Assembly (NCBI RefSeq): GCF_006345805.1
Contig: NW_021831752.1
Span: 1 to 64,000, forward strand
Reading direction: 5' to 3'
Length of the DNA stretch: 64,000 bases
Origin: Octopus sinensis
Taxonomy: Eukaryota
Part shown: positions 52,760 through 64,000 of the stretch, in pieces
Position numbering within the stretch: the stretch's first letter is position 1
How the letters are laid out: each line of letters begins with the position of its first letter
Translations under genes and position numbers: made by a program
Notes under the pieces: model-generated
What the model was told of the DNA's origin: nothing
Database searches by the model: none
Seen by the model: the letters and a program-made list of their open reading frames with translations, nothing else

Positions 52760-55700
52760 ATGAATAAAGCAAATGTACAACATTCGGCAGCAAAAGAAGA
52801 CTCCTCCGAATCCGTAATAAGCTCAAATAATGTGTCAGGTGAACAATTGGCGAATATACTTTTAGAAGAACCGTCATTGACTTCTTTCCACTCATCACAT
52901 TCCTCAAACGTGGATGGTTAGTGTCAGGACATATTGGCAGGGAACTTGGGAGAACTGGTGTACTACGGTTGCCTGGAAGTGGCTCGGAATGTGGGAATCG
53001 GGAAATTATGCGACATTTTATTCGAAAATGGACTGAACAACCAGCCAATTAATATATCGAACATTCTATTCGACCTGTCCAGTGGGGAAACACATCATTC
53101 CAAAGATTGCTTAAAGTTGTGAATCCCGGATAATCGAAGGATAATCCACGGCGACGTGTATTCGTGTGTGATCGGGACTGCCAATGTGGACATGATCATC
53201 AACAAGGACGACTCCTTCCTCTGCTTGGTGTGTACCAACCCCAATTCCGCGGACGACGACACACAGGAGTGTCATTTGTTCATGACTCAGACATTCGACC
53301 AGGTTTGTCCAATCATGACCCAACAGATGAGGCGGCTCGTCGATAACATTTTCAAATTCAACAATAAGAACTGTGGACTGGCAGGCAATGTCGAGTTGGA
53401 TGTCGAGTCAGACGTGGAAATAAAGGAGCGTGACGAAGGAATCATCAGTTCGCACTCCTGGAAGGCCTGTCCTCTCAGCCCTGCCACCAAATTATTCAAA
53501 GTCCGCAGAAATCGTGTTAAACGGTTTTTAATCGCCTTGTGGTCGCCCTCCGAGGCAGGCAAACACTTCCGGATTACGAGGTTGGCAGAGAATGAGTACT
53601 CTCAGATGTGTCGGAGTGGTGTTGGCGGTGGGGACCACGTTTTCTCACGGACAGAGCGAGAAGATGGATTTGGTAGAGTGATATGTTCATTCCGTCAGAA
53701 ATATACAATATATGACAGAAATGGGGGGATCAGGCTCCTCGTGGAGACCAATGTGGGGAGGCTGGGATTCATTTTCGGGTCACCCACCAAGAAAGGAACG
53801 AATTGCCCGGAAATTCAAATCCCGGTGGTGATGATGAGCGAGTTGGTGATGAACTGTTTGAACGAGCCCTTCTATTTGTCGTCCGAGTTCAATATTCGTC
53901 TTGTTCCACAAAACGACAAGTTCATGTTTGTCCGCCACAAGTCGATGAGGGAGAAGTACATAGTGAACCTTTTGCGGGTTGGAGTGGAGTGTGAGGCATT
54001 AGGACTACCGGAGTAGTGGGGGATACACGATGGGGGACATGATGTACCATTCATCCACGGAGGCCATACCATTGATGGGACTCTACCGGACTGAGGAGGG
54101 GGAAGACGAATTGGAGGGGAGTGGGTCGGGCAGAGTTGTGCGGGGCATCACGAATGAGGGACTCTTCTCCGATTGGTCGAAGCTGTTGAGGGAATGGGTT
54201 GACTCGACCTGGCCAATTGCGGGGAATATTCACCGGCAATTGAAGCAGTTGTGTTGGAGGGGAATTCCCGACACCATGAGATGTGTGGTGTGGCAGAAAC
54301 TGGTGGGGTCACAGGACGTGTTGTACGAGGCATATCGACATCTCATTTCCAAAGTAAGGGGAGGAGGGTAAGAATAGACGTCTCCCTACGAGTCGGTGAT
54401 ATTGAGGGACATTGGGAGGACATACCCCGGACATCGACTGTTTGCGGAGGCGAGTGGAGGACAGACATCCCTGATGAACATAGCGAAGGCATATTCAATC
54501 TACGACGAGCAGGTGGGGTATTGCCAGGGCACGTCCTTCCTGATTGCCGCACTGCTTCTGCACGTATTCCACATTCCATGTCGGTAGATGCCCGAGGAAC
54601 AGGCATTCGTGGTGTTTGTCAATATAATGAGGAGACTTGGATTTTCCCAGATTATAATCAACGATTTCCACGGACTCAATCTCCTCCAATGGCAATTCTC
54701 GAGGTTATTGCAGACGACAATCCCCACCCTCCACTCTCACTTCACGGGGATTGGTCTCCACGCACACATGTACACTTCCCAGTGGTTCCTTACTCTTTTC
54801 ACGGCCAAATTCCCCCTGAATATGGTATTCCGTATTCTCGACGTCATTCTCTGCAATGTCAGTTGTGTTGATTGAGTGTAGGGAATTGACTTCCTCCTCA
54901 ACATTGCCCTCGCTATACTTCTGGTCATCCCTTTCTCACATTCCTAGCACTCGAGGGACCGTCTTCTCCAATTGGACTTTGAGGGAATTTTCAGTTTCTT
55001 CAGAATGGACTTGCCCAGACAGTTCTCCACGGATTCCTCCTGCACTGTTCTCCTCGGAATTGCCCAGGACTTGAAAATTACAGCCAAGACACTCAACCGA
55101 CTCAAATTGGAATACGACACCATCCAAACAGCCGAGTCGGTGGATCCACACTCGTGTTACAAGGTGGGCACTGGAAATGTCACCCTCAGAACGAAATAGC
55201 CAATCTTCGGAGAGAAAATATGCGTTTGGAGTGCGAGAGTGAAATATTGACACAGGAACTCATCAGTTGCCAGTTCAAGTACAGGTCGGAAGTGGACGAG
55301 GTAGTCGAGAATAGTCATGTTCAGTTGGAGGCCCGAATCCACCAAATGAGTCTCACGGCCACTTTAATGAAGGATTCGGCGACGAAGAGTCAGGTCGACC
55401 AGACATTGGTCAACGAAGAATTGGCTGATCTCCGGATCGAATACCGTACTCAGTTGGATAAATATGCACAACAAGAACGGAATTTGCAGTCCATCATTGA
55501 CAACTGTCGACACGTTGTAAATATAAGCAATTGATAGGAGTTGGTCAATCAGTGCTCTATTGGTGAACAGCAGAGGCTGGCGAGAGATAATTTAGTCCAA
55601 TTTGTTGAGGTGGTATTGTCCTGGTATATTTAAAGGGGGTTGTCAAATCCTGTGAACAGTGCAGTGCAAAGTTCGAGGAAAATAAGACTCGCAGTGCATT

Positions 55701-55893
55701 TGTGGAGGTCGACAAGGGGAATATTGACTCGATGTGTGGTAGAATACGCGATCTCGAAACGAGCCTGATTGATGCGAAGCTTTCTTTGGTTGAATCTCAG
55801 TGCTTGGTGTATATAACCTCGACATTTCTCTAGAATGAAGATTTGAAACATCAGCTCCAAACGTTAACTAAACATGGACATAAAAAACTATAA
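52760..55893 (+). CDS. RABGAP1: Rab GTPase-activating protein 1 family (PTB-like + TBC + coiled coil), multi-exon
   Basis: GIPDTMRCVVWQKL; ILRDIGRTYP; YDEQVGYCQG; SQWFLTLFTAKFPL; final exons AKLSLVESQC-NEDLKHQL. Confidence 0.88.
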
Positions 55894-57040
55894 ACGCCTA
55901 GAAAATTAATTTTTACGTATTTTTTCATTCCTGCAATATTTGAATTGCTCAGTATTTAAAACTATTGTTGTCGAAATTATCTTTTGACTCCCGTGAACCT
56001 GTGATAGAGTGTCAAACATTCGGGTGGAAAACCAAGTAAGTGCTGTATTGATGCAACTCCACACTGTAAAGAGTACAATTCGACATCTCAGGATACTCTC
56101 TAGCATGTACTGGAAAGAAATGTCAATTGACGTTATTATGATTAACAGGTGTGTGTTTTTAATTACCAAAAATGGCATAAAGACTAAGAGTATTAACTCA
56201 AATAAGCTAGATTGCTGTTTCCCAAATAAATAGCTCGAGTAATGATGTTCATTCATATTTATCGAAGTGATCGGGTGTCATGTCCATGCGTTCTTGGTTG
56301 TTGTAAATGGTTCTTCCAAGTTCATGAACTGTCAAATATTCGGAATTTTTCTTTTGCGCTAGCATCTTTACAGCTGCATACATTTGTGTTTCGTGCTCGT
56401 ACTTTTCTACTTTGTGCCCGTTAGTGCAAATACGAGTCAGTCCTTAATGGCCGAGTTTATCCATGCATGAAGCTATTACCATGTTCTGTCTTAAAGGACT
56501 AATTAGGTTACCATTCCCTTTCTGGTTGATCTAAAACTGGGCGTCGTGACTCATCCTCAGGTCTCTGCCGTCTACCGCCAGCTAATGTATGTAGCCGTTC
56601 TTACTGATGAAAAAGGAGACCAAATGGGATAATGCCTTTCCGTTGGGGGAAAAAAAATGTCCAATCTGCATAAACTCTTATTGAAGGCGTACTCTTTTTA
56701 ACCCGACTTCCCTAAAAGTACGCTAGAGTAGGCAAAAATAAATAATCTGCTCGTATGAGATCCGTAGGGCTTCTAATTGAGAGAATTTCATTATCTAGAT
56801 TTATTTAATTTGGTTAATGTATTAAGTTAAATATTTAAAATAATTAAAGATAAAGTTCATTGTGTACACTTGGATTTATGGGTTGCAAGCGTTAGCCAAA
56901 TTAAAAACATTATTTATCATATTATTTAAAATATAGTTAAACAAAATATTGTCATTAAATTATTTGTATGATAAAATGCAATAATTAAATGGATTATTGA
57001 CTAATTATCCCACATAGCCGAATGTGCAGATAAAACGGAA

Positions 57041-58356
57041 ATGGAGCAACAAGAAATAGTGTTTTTAAATCCAAGTGACATCAAAGACGGAGGAGTAACC
57101 TTCGAGACGAATCTAGAGGACGGGACAGCACAACAACTGTTCATGACCATAGAAGACCTTCTGGGCTTCCGAACGGACGATCCCGAGTTGTATGAGTGAC
57201 TAACCAGCAGTATTGTGGCCATTCAATTCGAGGATGAGAGTCGCTCTCCGTCCGAGCCAATGATAATCTCCATTGCCAACATCCGCCACCTGATTGAGAA
57301 TCAGCCACCCTCCCCCCAGGCACCCCCCCGTCCGGAGGCCTTTTCCGAAGTGGCTGTGCGAGAGGCGGTTTGTGAGTGAATATTGGAATCCTCAGTTTAT
57401 GTCCATGCCTCTTCCGGGGTCACGGAGGCGTCCCATGCTCAACAATTCACTCGTCAAGAGTCTTCCCCCCAAAAGACCGGCCAACGCGTAGTGCCTGTAC
57501 TCACTCTCCCAGATATACCATGTTCTATCGCAAACACCGAAAGGAACTGAAAACGTCGTACCCTCACCTCAACAAGAGGGATGTGTCTGTCCGCTGTGGA
57601 AAGGAATGGAATAAGTTGGACGAGGATTCCCGCTCGGTTTGTCGAATACGGGCTACTTTCTAAGGAGTTCTACCGACTAGCCGACAAAGACCGTTATCGA
57701 TATGCGAAGGAGATGACCGAATATAAAAGTTCTGATTCCTACAAGGAAATAATGAAACTGAACTCTCAGAACATATCCACTGTGCCCAAAGGAGAGGATG
57801 GACAAGTAATGACCCCTCATTACCTGCAGGGGGAGACTTATATGTGCGATATTTGTTCGGAGACGTTCTCGACCTCCCACAACCTGCACGAGCATTTGAT
57901 CGGACAATATCATATCCGAAATCTATCGAGTTACCTCACCATTCAGAAGGCGAAGGACACTGTCAACAGCCTCTGTGACTCAGTGGATCCAGAAAACCTG
58001 GCCCAGGCGCTTGTTAACATGTGTCCCGAGTGCAACGGGCCAGTCGACGTTTCTTCGTTCATCGACCGTTTTTACTGCAAGTTTTATGGTTTCCCACTTC
58101 TTCTCACTGCCTGCAGAACAACAGAACGAATTGAAGGAACTTCGACAAAGAGTGGTCGATATTAAAAATAAGAGACGCAGTCTAAAAAAGCAAGTCGACG
58201 AGTTGAAGGTTGGAAGGTTATTTTTACTCCGAGTAGAAGAACAAGTCGGCATTCGAGGCCAATATGACTGCTATTTTCAGCTCCAACATGGCTCTTGTGG
58301 AGAAAATCGATGTACTCAAATTATCTAAAACTCATCTTGACAAAACGCGACAGTGA
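57041..58356 (+). CDS. HMG-box (HMG20-like) protein with C2H2 zinc finger and C-terminal coiled coil, multi-exon
   Basis: Spliced PKRPANAYTMFYRKHR...GKEWNKL...DKDRYRYAKEMTEY; CDICSETFSTSHNLHEHLIGQYH. Confidence 0.8.
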
Positions 58357-58677
58357 ATAGCATTTCTTAATTTTGCTTTGCATTTTGCTATTTTCGCTAT
58401 TTAAAACTCATTTTATCATTCTCTAGTTTATTATTTTATACACAAGTATTTTAGAAACAGTCCCACATTTTTCTTTCTATGATATAGTCGACTTCAATTT
58501 TAATTGTTAAATTTTTAATCACCCAAAAGGCTAAGTAATATACATTTTTCCTTAAATTTTGTAAAAATATTTATTCTAATCGGAAAATTAAAAAACAATC
58601 ATTGATCCTAAACTTTATAAGCATATTGATGCACGACGAGGTTAATTATGTTTAATTTTGTCCAAACGAGGTCCACT

Positions 58678-58970
58678 TGTGTCAAATTTTTCGCATTTTT
58701 CAACCGTTGAACTTCGAACAAATGTATTTGTTTGAAATTGAAGCATTTAATAACATAAATACTATAAGACTTCGATTTAAAAGCATCTAAAGAAACATCT
58801 TTATTTGCAATAAACCTCAGAAAGAAGATTTTAGATAAATTTCTGTGTCAAATTTTTTGCATTTGCTAAATTGTAGGACTTTGAAAACATGTATTTATTG
58901 GAAATTGAAGCATTTGATAATATAAACAGTATATGAATTCAATTTGAAAGCATCTAAAGAAAGACTGTTT
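58678..58970 (+). repeat. Diverged direct duplication, period ~167 bp
   Basis: ATGTATTT..TGAAATTGAAGCATTT...AAAGCATCTAAAGAAA at 58722 and 58889. Confidence 0.7.
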
Positions 58971-59685
58971 GAAATTGGTTTGTCTCATAAGAATAGTCTC
59001 AATAAGAAATGAACTATTGTTAATATCGGTATTATTTGATTCAGCTCTATCTGAAACTAAGTAAGAATGATAAACTAAAATTATCAAAAAGATCTTTAGT
59101 CGAATTTCAATACAGTCGGCCCTCACATTTTGTGTTGTTTCAATTCAAAAACTAGTGTCTCGCCATAAAATTAACCGGAATATATTATAATTAATGCAAA
59201 AAGTCATAAAAATCATTAATTATTCAAAAATGGGTCACAAAGGTTTTATAAAAAGACAAGTTTCATCAAAGATTTTTCATATTCATCAATTTTTGCTTAA
59301 AAAAACTTTTAAATCAAAAACATTATTTCGTCATGAGTGCATGTGTTTTTTACCTATAAGAATTTTAAGTTTGAGTTAGTTCCTTTTTTAAACACATTTG
59401 TCACTCATTCGATATCTGAAATTTTCATATTTTAAGACTATGTAAAAAAATTAACAATTTTTGTAAACAAGAAAACTACAGATTTGTTTCAGAAATTCTG
59501 CAAAATGTTCAAAACCCCGAGATATTTTTAAATCGAGTCCTACTGTATAAATAAACAAAACTTTTTGATATGGATACGTCAAACATTTTCTAGCAATTGT
59601 TTAATAAAATTTGTTTAATTTAATAACCAATATTTTAAATATATTTTCATAATTTTATAATTATGCCGGAACGAAACATATATTA

Positions 59686-61096
59686 ATGGCGAGGTGGTTT
59701 TACTCCGAATTCATTATGATGATGACCACCCTGTCAGCGTCCTTGCTTCTTCTTGTAGTTCAATCCCTGATCTATGAGAAAAAATGTACTCAACTATATA
59801 ATAATTGTTCATTCCTCCGTTCCAAATTAAACAGCAGCGATCACGATATTCAAAGACTAACAGTTCAAAAAAACTCTGACACCATTCTCACCTACAACGT
59901 TCTCATTTCATTTTTTACTCCAATTATCAGCACATTTATATTTGGGCTGCAGATCGACAATGGTCGATACAAAATTTGTTTTATCTTTTCGATTCTCGGC
60001 TGCCTTTTTGGAACTTTGTGGCTAATCGCAGTGAATACTTTTCATTTGAATTTAGAATTCGTTTATTTGTCTTCATTTTTAATGTTTTTATTTGGTGGCC
60101 AGATTGTGATCATTTTGGCCTGTTTTTCTTATATTTCTGTGACATCCAAAACTGAACGTTTTACGTGGCGAATAATAATTGGAGAAATGACGATTATCAC
60201 CGGCACTTTTGTCGGAAATGCTATTGGAGGATACATGGCTGACACTAACATGCTCACCCAGTCGTTTTTGGTGTCACTGTTCTTCTATAGCGCTTCACTC
60301 CTCTATGCTCTCTTCTGTGCCCCGGATTCGGAAAATCCCTATATTCTGTTAAACGAACAATTTTCTCTTTGGTTGGAAATTAGGTAAATGAACAAATACT
60401 TATTTTAGACGACTGTTTATTTTTGTGCAGGAAACACATTTACATCAAAAGTCAATCGTAGCATATTTATTCGTTTACTCTCTCGTCATTTTTATTACAA
60501 ACGGTGACTCGTTTGAGTTATTTTTAAAGGTTTTTTAGCAATCTCGTACCTTTATTTTGTCAATGTTCCTTTTTTGATGAACAACCAACTCTACGGAGTC
60601 GTAGCCTCAATCACTGCCTTCAGCGGAGTTGTTTATGGCATTCTTGGCGTTCATATTTTTATTGGTCGATACAAAATGTTGGAGAGCACATTCTGCCTTC
60701 TCTCATGTTTCCCAATTCTTGGAGGCTTTCTTTTATTGGGATTAGGTCGGCGGCATTCTATGGTCTATATTGGTGCTTCTCTGATATCCTGTCTTCGCAC
60801 CATCACTGGAATTCTTAAATCTATGTTAGCAAAAACCGTGGAATCTGAGAAAAGAGGTTGATTTGAATGCCTTTTAAAATTTAGGGCGCTTGTTCTCACT
60901 CGTTTTGCAATGCCAGAATATTGTTACAGTCATTAGTGGGACTTTGTCGTTTGCTATTTACAATGCGCTGTTGACAGTCCATTCGACAAAAATATGTTTC
61001 GTGTATTTTGCACTTGGTTGCTTTGTCCTCGCTTTTTTTATGTATGCAAATTTTCATTTATCTGATTTAGAGGACATCGGATATGGGAGTATTTAA
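59686..61096 (+). CDS. MFS transporter, SLC46 (PCFT)-like, multi-exon
   Basis: Multiple hydrophobic segments; FSYISVTSKTERFTWRIIIGE...GNAIGGY pattern. Confidence 0.65.
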
Positions 61097-61379
61097 ATCC
61101 AATCGAATTCGAAGTGGAAAAATAAACTATTTTATATTAATTATTTCATACTAAAAATTTGCATTTTTAATGAATGAAATTTCATTTGACCTCGTTTATA
61201 GAAAAAATATTAGCCACTTGCTCGTCATTAGAAGTGGCAGAAATGAGTGATTTTGTGTTATTTCGATTAATGATGCTTATCCGAGACTTCTATTTTGATA
61301 GAAATCAATTTTGCAATTTGTTGTTAAAATGAGTTAACGAATATTAATGATCCTTTTTCAATAGGTAATTATTTGTTGC

Positions 61380-62220
61380 TGATTTATCGAAATTCTTCTC
61401 CAGTCCAGATGATTCAAAGTAATAGTTCACATCTTCCATCATCCACGCCAATGTCTCCTCTTATTTGGACAATAGCTTCAAGTCGTCAATGAATAGGAAG
61501 TGATTTGTAGAAAAGGCTAAGGAATTAATGCCACCAGAATTTATTGATATATTTGGATATTTTGAAGATAAAAGTCTACTTAACGGATCCAAAACAAGTA
61601 CAAATAATTGGGGCGACCGAGAGTCGCCTTTGAGTATACCACGTTCTATATTAACAGTTCTCAGCTGTTTTTTTCCCAATCTCAAAGAGACTTTCCAGTT
61701 TGGAATAATTGACATAATAAAACTAGCTATCCAATTAGGCAGCTCAGAGTTTTCGAGGATTTCAACAAGAAAGTCAAATGCTTTCTTGACGTCGATCCAT
61801 GCACAAAATAATTTATTATCGTGCGCTCTGTTGACGCATCTGTTTAAAAGTGCAAGTTCTTTTGCTCCTTGACAATGTCGTTTAGTTCCAAGCTGGTACT
61901 CAGTTATCAAGTTGTAAGTGTCTTGTATAACAAAGCATCAAATTTCTCTGATAAAGCAATAAAAGATTTTTCTAAATTAGTAAGAATTGGATTGGTCATT
62001 TAGCTTTATTTGGGTATTTATTAGAAAAGAAAACTACAATACATTTTTAAACTTGTAAGCCAACTATTATCAAGAATTGTAAGTCATATATTGCAATTTT
62101 TTCATTCACACACTTTGTAACCAGTTTGTACAAACATGGCATACATGTGATCGGTCTGAGGTCCTTGGGGTCAATAGAGGTTGCTTTCTTTGGGATCAGG
62201 TATGTGATTCCAAAATGAAA
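61380..62220 (-). mobile_element. Decayed R4/Dong-like non-LTR RT with a 147-bp insertion
   Basis: GITYLIPK...DLRPITCMPCLYKLVTK; WIDVKKAFD; GILKGDSRSPQLF; FIDDLKL; SGLEKNFDKSA. Confidence 0.8.
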
Positions 62221-62360
62221 ACATTATATTGCCTAAATTAAAATAATTTTTTTAATGAACACTTACAGCATGGATTGATCAGGCTATTTGATATATTTAT
62301 AGCACGGAAATTTATTGCGAGATGAAAATATAATTTAGTACGACGTGTTCTTATAATATA

Positions 62361-63300
62361 CTAGCTCAGCAGTTCGCTTCGCTCACTGCGAGCTAGCTCC
62401 TGCGGAGGCCCTGCTCGCTACGCTCGCAGTTTCCTTAAATAACTAAATTTATGTAGATATATAAATGCGACCTGCTTTGATATAACCTTATTCTAAGGCC
62501 TGTGGATAAACGATGTTTGCAGTCCGTCCATCCTTGGCAAATATAAATAAATTTCTCTTCTACCTACCCTTGAGCACCCCACATACAGCTGGCCATGTGA
62601 AAAGCACTCGTTCTCTAAAAATAAGCCTACTACCTTAAAGACTGTCCCTGGGCCTTGTTTATTGTCATAGCAAAACTTATTCAGCGGAAATTGTAGTCTC
62701 TTAAATCTATCGCAGGCCCTTTCATGGTCCATAATAACGTCGACCGATTATATATTCTTTCTCTGCCAGGGATTTTCATTAATAAATCTAAATTTATATT
62801 AAGTACCTCATCATTAAGTGGAGCTAATATAGCTCGTTCACGCAGCCAGTCGAAATTCACGTAGTGTTCAGATAGTTCGGAATAGACGGCATTCAATAAT
62901 TCTTCTGCTGTTTCTACGAAAATACATAATTCTTCCGGTAGCCTAATTTTCTGGTCGTGCATTTCTGAAGTGATTGCCCCATTTCCAATATCTAGAAGGA
63001 TTTGTGGGAATATGCTATTAACGCCTTGTAAATGTGCATGTACATTTACATCTAAGCTTACCTTTTTCACGTGTGTCCACAAATATGACGATTTGAGGCA
63101 GGCATTCAATTCATCCGCAGGCGTCCCTCTTTGAATATTTGGCAGCGTCTGTCTAAAATCACCTGCCAATACAACTAATGCTCCCCCAAACAAATGGTCG
63201 CTACAATTCTTGATATCTATATGTTCGGTCAACTGCTTGAATGCGCCTTTATGAGCCATCGTACATTCATCCCAAACAATTAACCTAGAATGCATAATTC
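62361..63300 (-). mobile_element. 5'-truncated Helitron (PIF1-like helicase C-terminus and 3' terminus)
   Basis: IVWDECTM, LAGDFRQTLP, CFSHGQLYVGCSRV, NIVYPQALE*. The minus strand ends CTAG followed by T at 62361, with a GC-rich hairpin at 62361-62396. Confidence 0.88.
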
Positions 63301-63567
63301 TATTACCCGTAGTTGAGTCTAACAGCAGTCCTGACCTTGTTCAGCTGTTGTCTAAGTTCCCTCACCATTTAAGCACATCTTCCCTCGTTTCTCTTTTTTT
63401 GTTATATGGTTCATATTCTCTTGTTTGTTAACATTCTCAGATCTCTCTTTATAGGACATGCTTATGATTTTGTAAACGCGAATCAGTAATTTATATTAAA
63501 TTTTCTACGTAAATTTATTTAGTGAAATTTATGTAAAGTGTATTATCCAATCAAAGCCATTATACTT

Positions 63568-63830
63568 AATTGCCTCTATGTTTAAAGGAATTGAAACTTT
63601 AGCATAATCGAACTTGTCTGTTTCGGTAAAGAAAATGATAATCAGCTTCATCTTTGTAGTATTATAAGGAAAAAAATTAAAGCCTGTTAAATCAAGGAGA
63701 TTTAAATATAGGCAAATTGAAATTTACATGACTAATTTAAATTTTATTTGCCTCTATCTTTTAAGAAATCTAAACAGTAGCATAATCGAATTTGTCAGTT
63801 TCGGCAATTAAAAAGAATCAATTATGTAAA
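63568..63830 (+). repeat. Diverged direct duplication, period ~178 bp
   Basis: TTGCCTCTAT...TAGCATAATCGAA.TTGTC.GTTTCGG starting near 63568 and 63746. Confidence 0.65.
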
Positions 63831-64000
63831 TCTCTAATAATTTTTGCTTTTTTCCTTTTTAGTGGTTTTCAAAAAATCTGATAATTGCACAGTCTATTCA
63901 TGGTCGATAACAATTAGAGCTTTTATTTTATTTTTTTTAACGAAAATTTAACAAAAAAGAATTATGTCATCGAAAAAGATAGCTAAGCTAATTAATGGCC

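Overview
AT-rich, gene-dense eukaryotic (metazoan) DNA in the standard genetic code. The genes are broken by very short GT-AG introns, mostly 18-30 nt, which is why the ORF track shows only fragments. The gene set is PKG with an N-terminal leucine zipper, PTB-TBC RABGAP1, Unkempt, C2CD3, KIF17, KPTN, MCMBP, MRPS9, HAUS1, RNF212, Miro, ADP/ATP carrier, an HMG-box/zinc-finger protein, an SLC46-like transporter and acyl-protein thioesterase. Animal-type genes plus tiny introns suggest a reduced animal such as a dicyemid mesozoan (inference only). The left 16.5 kb is unusual. A block of at least 4 kb (1-3987) is repeated at 12454-16468. The first copy stops at an intergenic point and runs straight into about 65 copies of a 63-bp TTAGGG-derived satellite, G-rich strand outward, which is fused to a 5'-truncated CRE-clade retrotransposon. 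The rest of the window alternates compact gene runs with TE debris (APE-LINE, RTE, R4/Dong-like RT, CRE, hAT, Helitron). It also holds a TGT...ACA Ginger-type integrase transposon whose integrase carries two host-sized micro-introns, a related MITE with a perfect 5-bp TSD, and a decayed relative that lacks the first intron. Exon boundaries were read by eye and some gene ends are approximate.
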